A stretch of 61,375 nt of DNA, the filler included, from Globobulimina sp. (Eukaryota), in NCBI GenBank assembly GCA_003354225.1. It is 19 parts of 19 records of this genome, joined end to end, with 100 filler letters (N's around TTAATTAATTAA, not from the genome) between each part and the next. Parts side by side here need not be neighbours in the genome. Positions count along the whole stretch, not along the records: positions 1 to 3,138 come from PIVH01003614.1; positions 3,239 to 6,376 come from PIVH01003615.1; positions 6,477 to 9,614 come from PIVH01003616.1; positions 9,715 to 12,852 come from PIVH01003617.1; 15 more parts are not named here. One strand, written 5' to 3'. The notes beneath the pieces are model-generated. The model did not search any database and was not told the origin of the DNA. It was given only the letters and a program-made list of their open reading frames with translations. Each line of letters begins with the position of its first letter. Positions within the stretch are counted from its first letter, which is position 1. This document shows positions 1 to 11,005 of this stretch, piece by piece. The position numbers were made by a program, and so were the translations under genes.

Positions 1-83
1 GATGGCGTGCTTATAGGTAATGGGTCGAGGCCTGCTTTGATAACAAGGCATATATCTATGCCAGGATTGTTTGTGGTACTTTT

Positions 84-674
84 GTGAGCTTAAATTGTGA
101 ATTTATGATAGATTATCATACTGGAATGGGACATGGAGGCCGGGCCCGGGGCGCGGGGGCGTTGCCAGTGCATAATCGTATGATTAATATCCATGATTAT
201 TGGGGCGAGCAGATTAATACTAGAAAGTTGTCGCGATCGGACGAGGACGTGTTTCAACTGGAGGATGATGACACCGTTTCTGTGATTTATGGCGATGAAG
301 ATGCGCAGCATCATAAGTTGCCGTTTTATCAAACCGGCAGACCGTCGGCGTCGAGTAATGTGGCCGCGCACAAAGAGTTGGAGCAACAGATTGCTTTTTA
401 TATTAATAATCCGGGCGGGCCCGGCGGCGGTGACGACAGTCCGATCACTCCAATTGTTGAAGAATTGGTTGTGATTGGAAAGAAGAAGGTGGCGAGTTTG
501 AATGTGACATCAGTGACAAATTTTGGGTCATATCCAGATGTGGTGGACGGATATAAGCAGTTTGCAACACCGATTGCAACGCCAACAAATGAGTTTGCGA
601 CGCCAACCAATGATGATGACGGCAACGTTGTGATTTCTGTTAAAGAGGATAAAAATAGTATGTTTTCAGAATGA
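84..674 (+). CDS. Hypothetical protein, probably a 3' exon
   Basis: 196-codon ORF, GC-richer than the AT-rich downstream flank; no recognised domain; true start uncertain. Confidence 0.5.
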   Translation: MSLNCEFMIDYHTGMGHGGRARGAGALPVHNRMINIHDYWGEQINTRKLSRSDEDVFQLEDDDTVSVIYGDEDAQHHKLPFYQTGRPSASSNVAAHKELEQQIAFYINNPGGPGGGDDSPITPIVEELVVIGKKKVASLNVTSVTNFGSYPDVVDGYKQFATPIATPTNEFATPTNDDDGNVVISVKEDKNSMFSE

Positions 675-1002
675 TCGAGTCTGACAGAGATCATATTATC
701 CGTAAATGCTGTATACGTGTTTATGTGACACTTATTTCTAAAAGTTTGACCATTTTGAGTAAATTAATTCAACTTAATATTATTCGTAAATGTACGTATA
801 TTTAATGTTCTTTGTTTATTTTTTGTTTGTTGATTCCCTCTCTTAGTTTTTGTTTGAATAACTTATATTTATTTTACTGATGCCCAGATTTAGTATTATG
901 GTCTGAAATACATTAATGCGCTAGTACGTGTTCACCGAACCGGTAGCAATTGTATACCATCTACAAGTAAACAATTGAATATTACAGAATATTCTATAGA
1001 TC

Positions 1003-1088
1003 TATTGAGATAATTGGTTGAGTGGTCTAAGGCGTCAGGTTAAGGCCCTGATCTCTTCGGGACGCGGGTTAGAATCCCGTCTCAGCCA
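1003..1088 (+). pseudogene. Degenerate tRNA-Leu(AAG)
   Basis: GAGTGGTCTAAGGCG D-loop region, anticodon arm TCAGG-TT AAG GC-CCTGA, long variable arm, T-arm GCGGG-TTAGAAT-CCCGT (TTC mutated to TTA); the 5' acceptor strand does not pair properly. Confidence 0.75.
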
Positions 1089-1092
1089 ATAA

Positions 1093-1148
1093 GCCCGCTT
1101 AGCTCAGACGGTAGATCGTTGGCCTTTTAATGGTCGTGGGTTCGATCC
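1093..1148 (+). pseudogene. Truncated tRNA-Lys(TTT)-like sequence
   Basis: GCCCGCT-TAGCTCAGACGGTAGA, anticodon loop CTTTTAA and GGTTCGATCC are present; the 3' anticodon stem and the 3' acceptor strand are missing. Confidence 0.65.
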
Positions 1149-1464
1149 GAAGATACTGCGACCTGAACGCATTTCATTGTGGTGCTCGGACTTCAACTTT
1201 TGGCGTTAATCACAATGAAAATTAGCTCAATAGTTGTGACTGCAGTGTGTGAAGGAGGTATAAAAGCGCAAACTAAATTTAACCTGAAAAAAGCAAGCCT
1301 TTCAAATGCAAAAACGAAAAACAAAAACGTATTGTTATATAAATATAATCTAACACTATTCACGAGATACTCATGGGTAAAGGGGTATCTTTTCTTGGAT
1401 TATCAACGTAATTCATTATAATATGGATGATGCCAATATGGAACAATTCAATCTATTTAATATG

Positions 1465-1696
1465 TAAAGGGTTTCACAAATATTCAAATCGTTAAATAAA
1501 TAACAGATACATAAACTACATAGAATTTGAGCCAGGAACCAATTGGAATTTTAAATAGAAACAAGGCAGAAACACAACGAAGGAAAGAAGATAGAAGAAA
1601 AATTCCAATTGGTTCCTGGCTCAAATTCTATGTAGTTTATGTATCTGTTATTTATTTTGCGTTTGGAGATTCAAATTTGTTTTGTGAAACCCTTTA
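1465..1696. repeat. Long inverted repeat / fold-back
   Basis: Perfect 59-bp arms at 1494-1552 and 1599-1657 around a 46-nt purine-rich loop, plus outer 16-bp arms at 1465-1480 and 1681-1696. Confidence 0.92.
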
Positions 1697-2036
1697 AATA
1701 TGACATCTCCATGTCCAGATAATTACATTTTACGCATAAAATAAAGATCGGGCTGCAGCGGTCATTCTATTTGTACCAGACACTCACCTGATATCCGAAG
1801 AGTGTGGCGACAGCATGGTTAAAATGCTTAAACAATTTTCAATAATCTTTTTGCTAATTTTTTACATGGAACATTCCCTGACAAACGTTATCATTTTGTC
1901 AATCAGAATCAAACGTCCAACACTCCAACTCCAACAAATACAATCATCAAACACAAACTACAAACCTCTCACGTCTTTCCTCAGTACGGAATAGTGTACT
2001 ATTTCTAACAAAGAAATAAACAGATACACAGTCAAT

Positions 2037-2831
2037 ATGAATCTCTACGATTCATTTACATCACGTCACACTCATCGCTCCTTATTATCATCAGACTGCG
2101 ACGATATCGACGCTCCATACCCAGAAGACCTAGACCTCGAACAACAATTCGAGGACATATACTACGCCATGGCATTCCTAGCCATCCTCTGGTTTACCGG
2201 CAAACTATTCGCGCGTTGTGGCTTACCCTCACTAGTCGGCGAAATCGCCTGTGGCATTATTTTCGGTCCAAACCTACTAAATCTAGTCCCCTACAATGAC
2301 GCGCTGCAAGTCATTGGTGAGATTGGTTTAGTTTTATTAGTATTAGAAGCTGGCATCGATGTTTCCATTGGACATCTGAAAGTAGTCGGTTTTCGCGGTC
2401 TATTCATTGCCATCGTCGGTAGCATGCTGCCCTTAGCAATTGGCACCGTTTGTGCCTATTTCTACCAATCTGCAGACGAACGAGACCTAATCACAGCATT
2501 TGCAATCGGCGCCTGTTTTGCTCCCACTTCGATGGGCATTGCTTTGAACGTATACAAATATATGTTTCCATTAACTAAAAAAATTTAAGTTGCCCACCAT
2601 TAGGTCCTCCGCAATGGAAAAGTATTAAACACACCGACTGGACAATTAATTATCGCCGCTGCAGTCTTAGACGACGTCATTGCATTGATGCTATTATCGG
2701 AGCTGGAAGCCTTAGCCGATCCCACTTTGTTTAAAATCATATTCCCTCTGATAATCTCTCCAATATTCATTTTATTTTTTGGTTTCTTGGCCATTAAACC
2801 TATTCCCTGGTTGACAAAGAAAATAATGACA
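2037..2831 (+). CDS. CPA2-family cation/H+ antiporter, 3' truncated
   Basis: LPSLVGEIACGIIFGP, GEIGLVLLVLEAG, FAPTSMGIAL; GT-AG intron 2550-2603 restores ALN|VLRNGKVLNTPTGQLIIAAAVLDDV; similarity is lost near 2830. Confidence 0.85.
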
Positions 2832-2884
2832 TCGTTCTCGAATTTAATAGGAGCGGCATATTCTTTTTCTTTTGCATTAAAGAT

Positions 2885-3138
2885 AAGATCATCGAGGCCT
2901 TTGATGTGCGAACCCCAGGCCCCGAAAACGCGGCAAGATCGCTTTCTGGCGGCAACCTACAAAAATTCGTCATTGGCCGCGAAGTGTTGCAGCGTCCCGA
3001 AGTGTTGGTGGTAAATCAGCCAACTTGGGGCGTGGATGCCGCAGCTGCCGCGTCGATCAGGCAAGCTTTGCTGGACCTTGCGGCAAATGGGGCTGCAGTG
3101 ATCTGCATCAGCCAGGATTTGGATGAACTGATGGAAAT
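2885..3138 (+). CDS. Bacterial-type sugar/nucleoside ABC transporter ATPase, fragment of the second NBD
   Basis: LSGGNLQK signature, VLVVNQPTWGVD Walker B/D-loop variant, ISQDLDEL; clearly higher GC than the flank; runs to the contig end. Confidence 0.88.
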
Positions 3139-3238
3139 NNNNNNNNNNNNNNNNNNNNNNNNNNNNNNNNNNNNNNNNNNNNTTAATTAATTAANNNNNN
3201 NNNNNNNNNNNNNNNNNNNNNNNNNNNNNNNNNNNNNN
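3139..3238. other. Artificial contig-joining spacer (first of 18)
   Basis: N44-TTAATTAATTAA-N44, with stops in all six frames. Others start at 6377, 9615, 12853, 16091, 19328, 22565, 25802, 29038, 32273, 35508, 38742, 41976, 45210, 48444, 51677, 54910 and 58143. Contig lengths fall from 3138 to about 3133. Confidence 0.98.
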
Positions 3239-3968
3239 TCTATCGACCCACGTTGAGCTTTTTTTGATTTGACGCTTTCAATCGAAGTAATTCAAAGATT
3301 ATTTGAAAAAATGAGCAAAATCAGCATAAAAACCTCACTTTGATCTACACCATGACACCATTTTCAAAGGGATGTTGATCAGAAGGTGTCAACACTCTGT
3401 AGTATTTAGTCATGGAATGTAAAACTGGTTATGTGAGAACAAATAAGTAAAACTGGTTTTGTAATAGACACAGCAAAACACCAAAAATCGAATGAAAAAA
3501 ACACAATAAATACAAACAAAAAAATGCATTCAAAAAAATTTCCAATGATCGAAATCAAATTTTTCTTCGCAGAATCTCTCACTCTGATGCATTACTGTCC
3601 TTCTGTAGCGATGAGATTCCATTAAACGATATACAATTGTGCTTCGTGGCTCCAATCTGTGTCAGACATATTATATTTTTGTGTTTTTGGAATAGAGTAA
3701 TATCGATTCGTAACAAATGCACATATAATAAAGCAATGATTTTGAGTGTGTGTAATGTACACTGCAATGATTTTGAGGCCGCGATAGTCGTAAGCGCATA
3801 GAACAGTTTGAGTGTGAGACATAGACAGGACGACATAATCGTAGTGTGAGTAATGTGTGTGTGATTGAGTCATTTATGACTTGTATCATTGGATGGATTT
3901 GTCGCGTATTTGGCATAATTACTGCAATGGCGATCTATGTATAAAAATGCAGCCAATGTCAGTCTAAA

Positions 3969-4464
3969 ACCAATGGTGTCTGGGCTAGGATTGGGTCATG
4001 TGTGCCCTGTGCAACCCTCTGGCATGGTCACACTCATCCATGGCAGGCATCAATCGCGAATCCAAAACATTCCACACTGAAAATTCCAAATCTTTCCGAG
4101 ACATTTGACTCCTATGTGCATCGGTGCAATAGCAAATGCAGACCATCACTGCCGGAGTTCAAATAATATCTACGCTGTTTGTGATGAATAGCACCATTGG
4201 CAGCGTCGGTCATCGTGGTTCCCTACCCTCTGATGCCATATGACCAGTGTGTGTTTGTTGGAGGTGTTGTATGGCACGGCTGTATATTTGTGGCATATTT
4301 CACTATTTTGAGGTATGACAGCGGGGCGGATCTGTGTAGGCAAACACAGACAATATAAGAGTCATACCAATGGCGTCTTAGCTAGAATTGGGTCATTTGC
4401 GCGTGGTGTAACGGTTGGGTATGGCCAAATCCATCCATGGCACGCATCAATAGCAAATCCAAAA
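3969..4464. repeat. Diverged 99-bp direct repeat pair
   Basis: 3969-4067 and 4366-4464 align without gaps; 22 mismatches by manual count. Confidence 0.85.
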
Positions 4465-5989
4465 AATAGAGTGCGTTTTTGGGAATGGAGAAATTCTCGG
4501 AATTATTTTGGGGTCATTGCAATGAATATTTTTGGGTTTGCCATGGGAGGGACCATTGGTGGCTGTGGTCAGACACAACTGCTCACACACGTTCTAATCA
4601 CTCAATCCTAGCTTAGACTGTGTTTTTGACAGTGTTTTTTTGTGTATTTTCGCCTGGCTAAGTAAGGCAAAAATGAGCAAAAATTGACAAAAATTCCGTT
4701 TTTGTCACATGACATACAAACATTACCTGTCATTGTTGTGCATCCCTTGAGCTCGTACAGCAATGATTGCTTGGTGGATGCGATGGTGGGTTCGGGCGTG
4801 GACAGTACAGTGGGCACTGTTCATCGTTGGTCGACTTACAAAGGGCACTAAAGCAGTGCGACGAGTCTGTGTTTGATGCAGTGATGTGATATTGAGACTA
4901 ATCTGGTTTGAACTCACAGATTTGGACATTTAGTTGAGACACGAATCTGATATGGACTCACAGATTGTGGTGGTTTGACGATGTAAATGGCGGAATCGAT
5001 TGTGTGTTTCATCTCTCAGACTAGCCATCATCGATGGGTACATGAATGATTGCCGATGGATGTGATTTCTGTTGGACTGTGATGGGTCTGTGATGCAGTC
5101 ATGGGCTGTGTCGGATTATTAGTGAATGATGCGGTCGCCATGCAAATAAATAATGCGAGTAGGAAAATTGACATTTTTTCTTGAATTCTTAGCTTAATCC
5201 ACTTTACCAACATGAAATTGGAAATCATTCGCGATTCAAAACACTTAGAACAATAATTCGAGACGTGGGTCGATGCAGTTTTTTACGCTGAACAAGAATA
5301 TGAAGACTAGAATGTGATATCTCTTTAAGATTCTTCTAAACTGATCACAATAATATTCAAAGTGTCAAATGCTGACATTGATTAGCAAAAAAGTCAATGA
5401 AAACTTGCTCCTAGCTAAAAATAACCAGCAGAATCGAAAACTACGCAATTTTTTACATCGATTAAGCTTTTTTCCGAGCTTCCTACACTAATTTCAAGAA
5501 TAATGGTAAATCCTTTACATTTTGTTTTTATAAACATTGGATTGACAACAAATTCATTTTTTAATACATAACCATCTGGAGCTTGTGCTGTAGTTAAATA
5601 TGTATGAAATTAATCAAAAAAAATCTAAAGATTTATATACACAAATGATAATATGTATGGACAGAAAGATGACCAATTAACTTTGTATACTTGTATAAGG
5701 GAAAAATAACTATTTGACAGTCAAGAGTACTCCGGCGATGTTGGATTTTTCCAAACGGTGTAGACTTCGCAACTCATCTAATGCTGTAGAACTATTCACT
5801 TTCAAGATACTGCTTCTCAATAACTGACTATTTACCGCTAACTGTGTTATTGCCATTGGGCAACGAATAAATGTGGTGACGTATTTACATAAATTTAAAT
5901 TTAGATGTGATTAGTGCAGGACCAGGCACTTATTCATGAGCGTCCTTTACAAACAAATGTCACATTAACTGAAGTTACAAACTTGTGAA

Positions 5990-6376
5990 TCACAAATAAA
6001 ATATTCCAAAAAGAGTACCAATTAACAGCAAAATATTCCAAAACCCGACCGGGCCTGCACGAACTGCACGATATGCATCCAAATTTGCAAAGATGAACAT
6101 GATTGCAAGTCCTTTCAAGGACACAAACGTACCATCCAACCAAGACAAACATATTGTAAATATGACGAATGCTGCATGGGCTCTCGCCACCATGTCTTTC
6201 ATAGCACTGGGGTAAAAATAACTCTTTGTCAGCAACAAAACGCCTTGAAATAGAACAGCAAACGTAAAACACTCTTGTCCCGTAAAATGCTGTGCGAACA
6301 GCCAGCGAGCTACCGCAGCTGTGACTCTTGGAATGAAATTTCGCAGCAATATCACATTGATCATTCGCATGCACAA
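5990..6376 (-). CDS. Possible hydrophobic membrane protein fragment
   Basis: Frame open from the contig edge with several hydrophobic stretches; no family recognised. Confidence 0.3.
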   Translation of the reverse strand: MCMRMINVILLRNFIPRVTAAVARWLFAQHFTGQECFTFAVLFQGVLLLTKSYFYPSAMKDMVARAHAAFVIFTICLSWLDGTFVSLKGLAIMFIFANLDAYRAVRAGPVGFWNILLLIGTLFGIFYL

Positions 6377-6476
6377 NNNNNNNNNNNNNNNNNNNNNNNN
6401 NNNNNNNNNNNNNNNNNNNNTTAATTAATTAANNNNNNNNNNNNNNNNNNNNNNNNNNNNNNNNNNNNNNNNNNNN

Positions 6477-7019
6477 AAATATCAACACAAATTATATAAA
6501 GTCAACCGATATCACAATAATTATTATCGTCACGGATATCACAATCACAATAATTATAATTATCAAAGGAGAAATAATGAGCGTGCAAACTGTAAAATTA
6601 TTCGTGCGAACTGTAGAGAATTACAATGTGAACTGATTAAAAAGTACAATGATTTTGGTATGGTGTCAAATGATTTAATATCAATAAGATTAATACGATG
6701 TGAATGGTTCCACAACAATACGTTACATAAAAGTAGTGTGACTGTGAATGGGTCCACAAGAATACATAAAACATTTAAATCTATATTTGATAATAAAAAT
6801 GTTTCTGCATTGAAACAAATTGCGTTTTTGCGAGGGAGAAAAAACCCAAAAACGTTAATTAAAAAATTAGAAAATTTATTGATTATGAATGTAACTGAAA
6901 TGTTGGTTAAAGAATGGATCATATTAAATACCTGCGATGCATCGATTATATGCGGATGGATATCATCAAAATGTGTCATTGCAATATTTGGTGGTACAAA
7001 AAGTGTCAACTATTATTGA
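6477..7019 (+). CDS. Hypothetical protein, 5' partial
   Basis: Frame is open from the contig edge (H/N/Y-rich start) into ORF 6660-7019. Confidence 0.45.
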   Translation, partial: KYQHKLYKVNRYHNNYYRHGYHNHNNYNYQRRNNERANCKIIRANCRELQCELIKKYNDFGMVSNDLISIRLIRCEWFHNNTLHKSSVTVNGSTRIHKTFKSIFDNKNVSALKQIAFLRGRKNPKTLIKKLENLLIMNVTEMLVKEWIILNTCDASIICGWISSKCVIAIFGGTKSVNYY

Positions 7020-7441
7020 TTCTTTTTAGCATTACAAATAGTTTTTGTATTGTTCAGAAATTAATTTTCTATTTTTTGTTGGCTAGTTTTTTTTTATGAG
7101 GATAAAAATTGTGACATGTATATGATGTTTTACTCGACTACTAGTGTACTACGCAATTGTTGCTAGAATCCGATCATTGCTGCTTTTATACAACATATAA
7201 ACGTCTTTGCTACACCGGTCAGGCCATCAAACATTATCACATTAACCTGACAATTTTGTTGTGCTTTGTCTGTTAGAATCAAATCACTGCAACAACAATA
7301 ACACAACAACAATAACAACATGGTATCTACTTTATTGATTTTTGATTTGTATACTATATAAATCACCGATATGTGTTATAGAGTGCAGCAGACTCACTAA
7401 AATCAACAGGAAACCGTGTATTGGATGAATTATTATATATA

Positions 7442-9385
7442 ATGATATCACGTTTTGAGCACTTGGTAGAACGCGGCTTTTTAGCACCACACTTCTTAAA
7501 CAAAATGATCGCAGACCCCACCGAAATATTAAAATTCTTGCGTCAAAACCGTGCGGTGGTCGGCGACCAATTAAACCGTAGACTAAACCCTTCGATCCGT
7601 CCCACGCCTCAACAATTGGAAGAGAAAGGCATTGTGCCCGCCGGCTATTTCACGCACGGACATGCCATTGCGATGCAAAAAAAGCACCGCCGACGCTCGA
7701 CGGCCGGGCAAGACCTCGCGATGATGATCCAATTACGGCCCAAACCGCAGGACATCATCAACAAAGGGCTGGCAAAGCAGCAGGAGGTGGAGGAATACAT
7801 TGACATCCAACAGGACCAGGACCAGGAGGCGGAGGCGGAGGCGCTGAGCGAGAGCGGCATGGAAGAAAACATCAACAACATCTCCATCATCTCGCGCCTG
7901 CTATTTGCCACCATCTCGGAGGCGTTGAAGCGTTCCTGCGCCGACACGACGGCCGAGGAACAATCTGTGCTCTGCGAGATGCAGGAAATGAACCATGAGA
8001 TGAAGGTTTTGCGCGACACGCTGGACAAATATTTCCTGTCCGCCACGCCCGACATCAGCCTGTTCCAAGAGGAGGAAGATATGGTTCGGGACAAATTCCA
8101 CGGCATTCAGAGCAAATTGCTGCACATCTCGACGAAGCAAAACAACATCCACGAAAAGCTCAAGATTTTGCACTCGGTGGAACGTGGCATGATTGCGCTG
8201 CAGAACTTGTACGACAAACAAATGAGCGAATTGCAGCGCAACGAAGAGAAGTTGCTGACGGATTTGCGGCAGCTGCGGCTCGGCAGAGACAAGGCGATGG
8301 CGATAATGTTGGCGGAGCGGTCGCATCGAGACTGGGCGCACGCAAAATTGACATATACCATGGAGTCGTTTGCCAAATACGAGCCGGAGGACGGCTTTGC
8401 CGGCGAATTGAGCGAGTTTTTGAGCGGTTTGCAGCAAATCTCTGCGCACCAAAAACAGATCGTGGCCGACTACGATTTGCGGATCGAAGAGTTGGAGCAG
8501 ACGTTGATGCGCATCCGCCACGACGAGGGAAAAGTGCGCAACATGACTTTCAAAAAGATCTACGATTTGCACAAACAAGTGCAGATCGCCGAGAGTCTGG
8601 AGTTTGGGCTCGCGAACCGCCGCTTGTCTGTGGCGACGGCGACGGAGTTGGAGAAGGAGCGCAACCACAGCCAGACGAAGATCCATCGGCAGCTCAGCGT
8701 GCTGAACAATTATCCGTTGGCGGTGCGGCCCGACGTCGACATGGCGGCGTTGGGCGAGATGGTGGAGATTCAGTCGATTATGGCCGACGCCAAGTTGAAG
8801 GCCTTTTTTTCAGTCTTCATCCAGATTTTCAATCAGACCGTGTGCGACATCGAGCTGATGTTTCGAAATCTGAACAGTTCGTCGGTGCGGCATTTGGAGA
8901 ACGGAGTGACTACGAAGCAGCATTTGGATAAGATAACGAATTTATGCATGTCGCTGTACGGCATCGACAAGATTGTGAATGCGATCGATATCTCCAACGA
9001 CGCCAACATGAGTTTGCGGGACAAGTTGTCGAAATGCATGCGTTTTATCAATCAGTTGAAGCGGGCGGTGGCGAAGGAAGAGAAGAAAAAGAAAAAGAAA
9101 AAGAAGATTGTGATCGGGACGTACAGACTGAATGTGATTATCATTTATGTGGCGCGGAAGTTGTGCGTGAACCAGCATATGGTGGATGAGATCGAGAGGA
9201 CGCATGATCAGCAGGTTCCGCGCTTAGCCATCATTCGCTGCAATGACATATTTCAGGCCATCCTCACTAATCAAAAGATCTTCGACAAGAAGCCGAAAAA
9301 TATAAAACAAGCGGCCGCCAAAATACTCGAAAATGTTTTTGGAATTGATGGCCACAATGATTCTGGCGCCGCCTTTCTATATTAA
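7442..9385 (+). CDS. RPEL-repeat coiled-coil protein (putative G-actin binder)
   Basis: RPEL-like motifs LNRRLNPSIRPTPQQLEEKGIV and LAMMIQLRPKPQDIINKGL, plus a partial FEHLVERGFL; long coiled coil; GC-rich coding sequence; start uncertain. Confidence 0.75.
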   Translation: MISRFEHLVERGFLAPHFLNKMIADPTEILKFLRQNRAVVGDQLNRRLNPSIRPTPQQLEEKGIVPAGYFTHGHAIAMQKKHRRRSTAGQDLAMMIQLRPKPQDIINKGLAKQQEVEEYIDIQQDQDQEAEAEALSESGMEENINNISIISRLLFATISEALKRSCADTTAEEQSVLCEMQEMNHEMKVLRDTLDKYFLSATPDISLFQEEEDMVRDKFHGIQSKLLHISTKQNNIHEKLKILHSVERGMIALQNLYDKQMSELQRNEEKLLTDLRQLRLGRDKAMAIMLAERSHRDWAHAKLTYTMESFAKYEPEDGFAGELSEFLSGLQQISAHQKQIVADYDLRIEELEQTLMRIRHDEGKVRNMTFKKIYDLHKQVQIAESLEFGLANRRLSVATATELEKERNHSQTKIHRQLSVLNNYPLAVRPDVDMAALGEMVEIQSIMADAKLKAFFSVFIQIFNQTVCDIELMFRNLNSSSVRHLENGVTTKQHLDKITNLCMSLYGIDKIVNAIDISNDANMSLRDKLSKCMRFINQLKRAVAKEEKKKKKKKKIVIGTYRLNVIIIYVARKLCVNQHMVDEIERTHDQQVPRLAIIRCNDIFQAILTNQKIFDKKPKNIKQAAAKILENVFGIDGHNDSGAAFLY

Positions 9386-9745
9386 ATATTAATTTTAAAT
9401 GAAATATGACATAGCTCCAATGTTTTTCTGTTTTGTTTTGTTGTTGTTTTGTTGTTTTACTGTCTTTTTCACTGTTTTTTTATTATATTAAATTCAATTC
9501 AATTCAACCTTCCTTTTTTAATGTTTGTTGTTCATTCATCTCATGATATATATACTTATTGGTTGGTTGCTTGGACTGTTGAACAGTCCTTGTTAATATA
9601 TATAAATAAGCCACNNNNNNNNNNNNNNNNNNNNNNNNNNNNNNNNNNNNNNNNNNNNTTAATTAATTAANNNNNNNNNNNNNNNNNNNNNNNNNNNNNN
9701 NNNNNNNNNNNNNNGGAATTTGTCAATAAATGCGATAAATTTGCA

Positions 9746-11005
9746 TTGCGAATACTATGTTTCAATGCAACATTAGTTATAATACTCATTGCATATTTCA
9801 GTTTATTGCGATTATGCAACATTGCAGATGAAAATGAACCATTTTCATTCTCAAACACATTCATTAATTTCTCCATCAAACTATTTTTTTATACACTTTT
9901 ATTTTTCATTATATTCGTATTATTCATCATCTTGGTCGAAAGATTGGTGTATAAAATACCTCGCATATTAATATGGTCCTCGCTCATCTTACCGCAAACA
10001 ATTATATTTACTACAAAAATGCAGTTCCCCTGCAATGACGAAATACCTTTATCACATTCGCAACACAGCAGGATTCTCACTGTCTTATCCAATTTAAAAC
10101 TGTACATGCCACATTTCCATCATTTAATATGTTTAAATCATTATCAAAATGCAAATATTAATATGTCCAATACAACAATGCTTGCATACTCGTTACATGC
10201 TATAATGCACGAAAAATATCACAATTTGACAATATGGAATTGTGACAATCTAACAGCGACCAATAGGTTGCAAAGCAGTTACCAGAGGCATGGTTTTTTA
10301 TCCTTTACTTGGTGGAAACTGTTACTTTGTATAATTATGTATTTAGCACAAAATTATCTGTTCCATTGTGCCTGCATTTGGTCCTCGTCTGTAATGCTTA
10401 CAATATTGTTGATAATAATGTCAATGTACGCACACTCCGATAATATTTCTGATAATTATCCTTTTTGTAAGTTAGTGAATAAGTTTCAGGATAAAGCTAT
10501 GCAACCAATTGATAGATATTTGAAAGTGCATCAAATCATTGATTCAGTGCTCGACAATAATTATCACGCTGTCACTTGTTTAAACTCTATGGAAGAATAT
10601 CTGCGATGTAAGCCACATATTGTACCGCAGAATCAATTGTATCTGAGCCGGTTCTCAAAGAATTTGAATTTATGGTGTGCTGCGGATGTGGATTTTGCTT
10701 TGGATAAATTGAATGGTAAACAATATGGTACCGGTACTAAAGAAAGTGCATTGATTGATGGCGTGTATGAAATTGAAACAAGACAAAGTATAAAAAATAG
10801 GAAAATGATGTATGCGGCGGGTGGCGATATGTATAAAATATTATTGATGATTGTTGCTTTGTTATGGGCATATTTATGCGATGTCTGGATTGGGATTTCA
10901 CGGATTGTGTATACACAATGGAGGAAACGTTTGCTTCTGTTTCATTATATGCCAGTTGATGATGTATGTGATCTGATAATGCAATATCAATGCACATCAT
11001 CATAG
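9746..11005 (+). CDS. Hypothetical multi-pass membrane protein
   Basis: 419-codon ORF with several hydrophobic segments; begins near the contig edge. Confidence 0.6.
   Translation: MRILCFNATLVIILIAYFSLLRLCNIADENEPFSFSNTFINFSIKLFFYTLLFFIIFVLFIILVERLVYKIPRILIWSSLILPQTIIFTTKMQFPCNDEIPLSHSQHSRILTVLSNLKLYMPHFHHLICLNHYQNANINMSNTTMLAYSLHAIMHEKYHNLTIWNCDNLTATNRLQSSYQRHGFLSFTWWKLLLCIIMYLAQNYLFHCACIWSSSVMLTILLIIMSMYAHSDNISDNYPFCKLVNKFQDKAMQPIDRYLKVHQIIDSVLDNNYHAVTCLNSMEEYLRCKPHIVPQNQLYLSRFSKNLNLWCAADVDFALDKLNGKQYGTGTKESALIDGVYEIETRQSIKNRKMMYAAGGDMYKILLMIVALLWAYLCDVWIGISRIVYTQWRKRLLLFHYMPVDDVCDLIMQYQCTSS

Noticed and set aside
2685..3014. ORF suggesting an antiporter-ABC fusion protein
   Set aside because: It crosses the junction in a frame different from the ABC reading frame.
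3579..5228. A long gene using an alternative genetic code (TGA=Trp)
   Set aside because: The frames I followed also contain TAA/TAG stops and a frameshift; other genes in the window end at TGA normally.
7645..9205. Several long antisense ORFs
   Set aside because: Shadows of a GC-rich coding strand, with no motifs.
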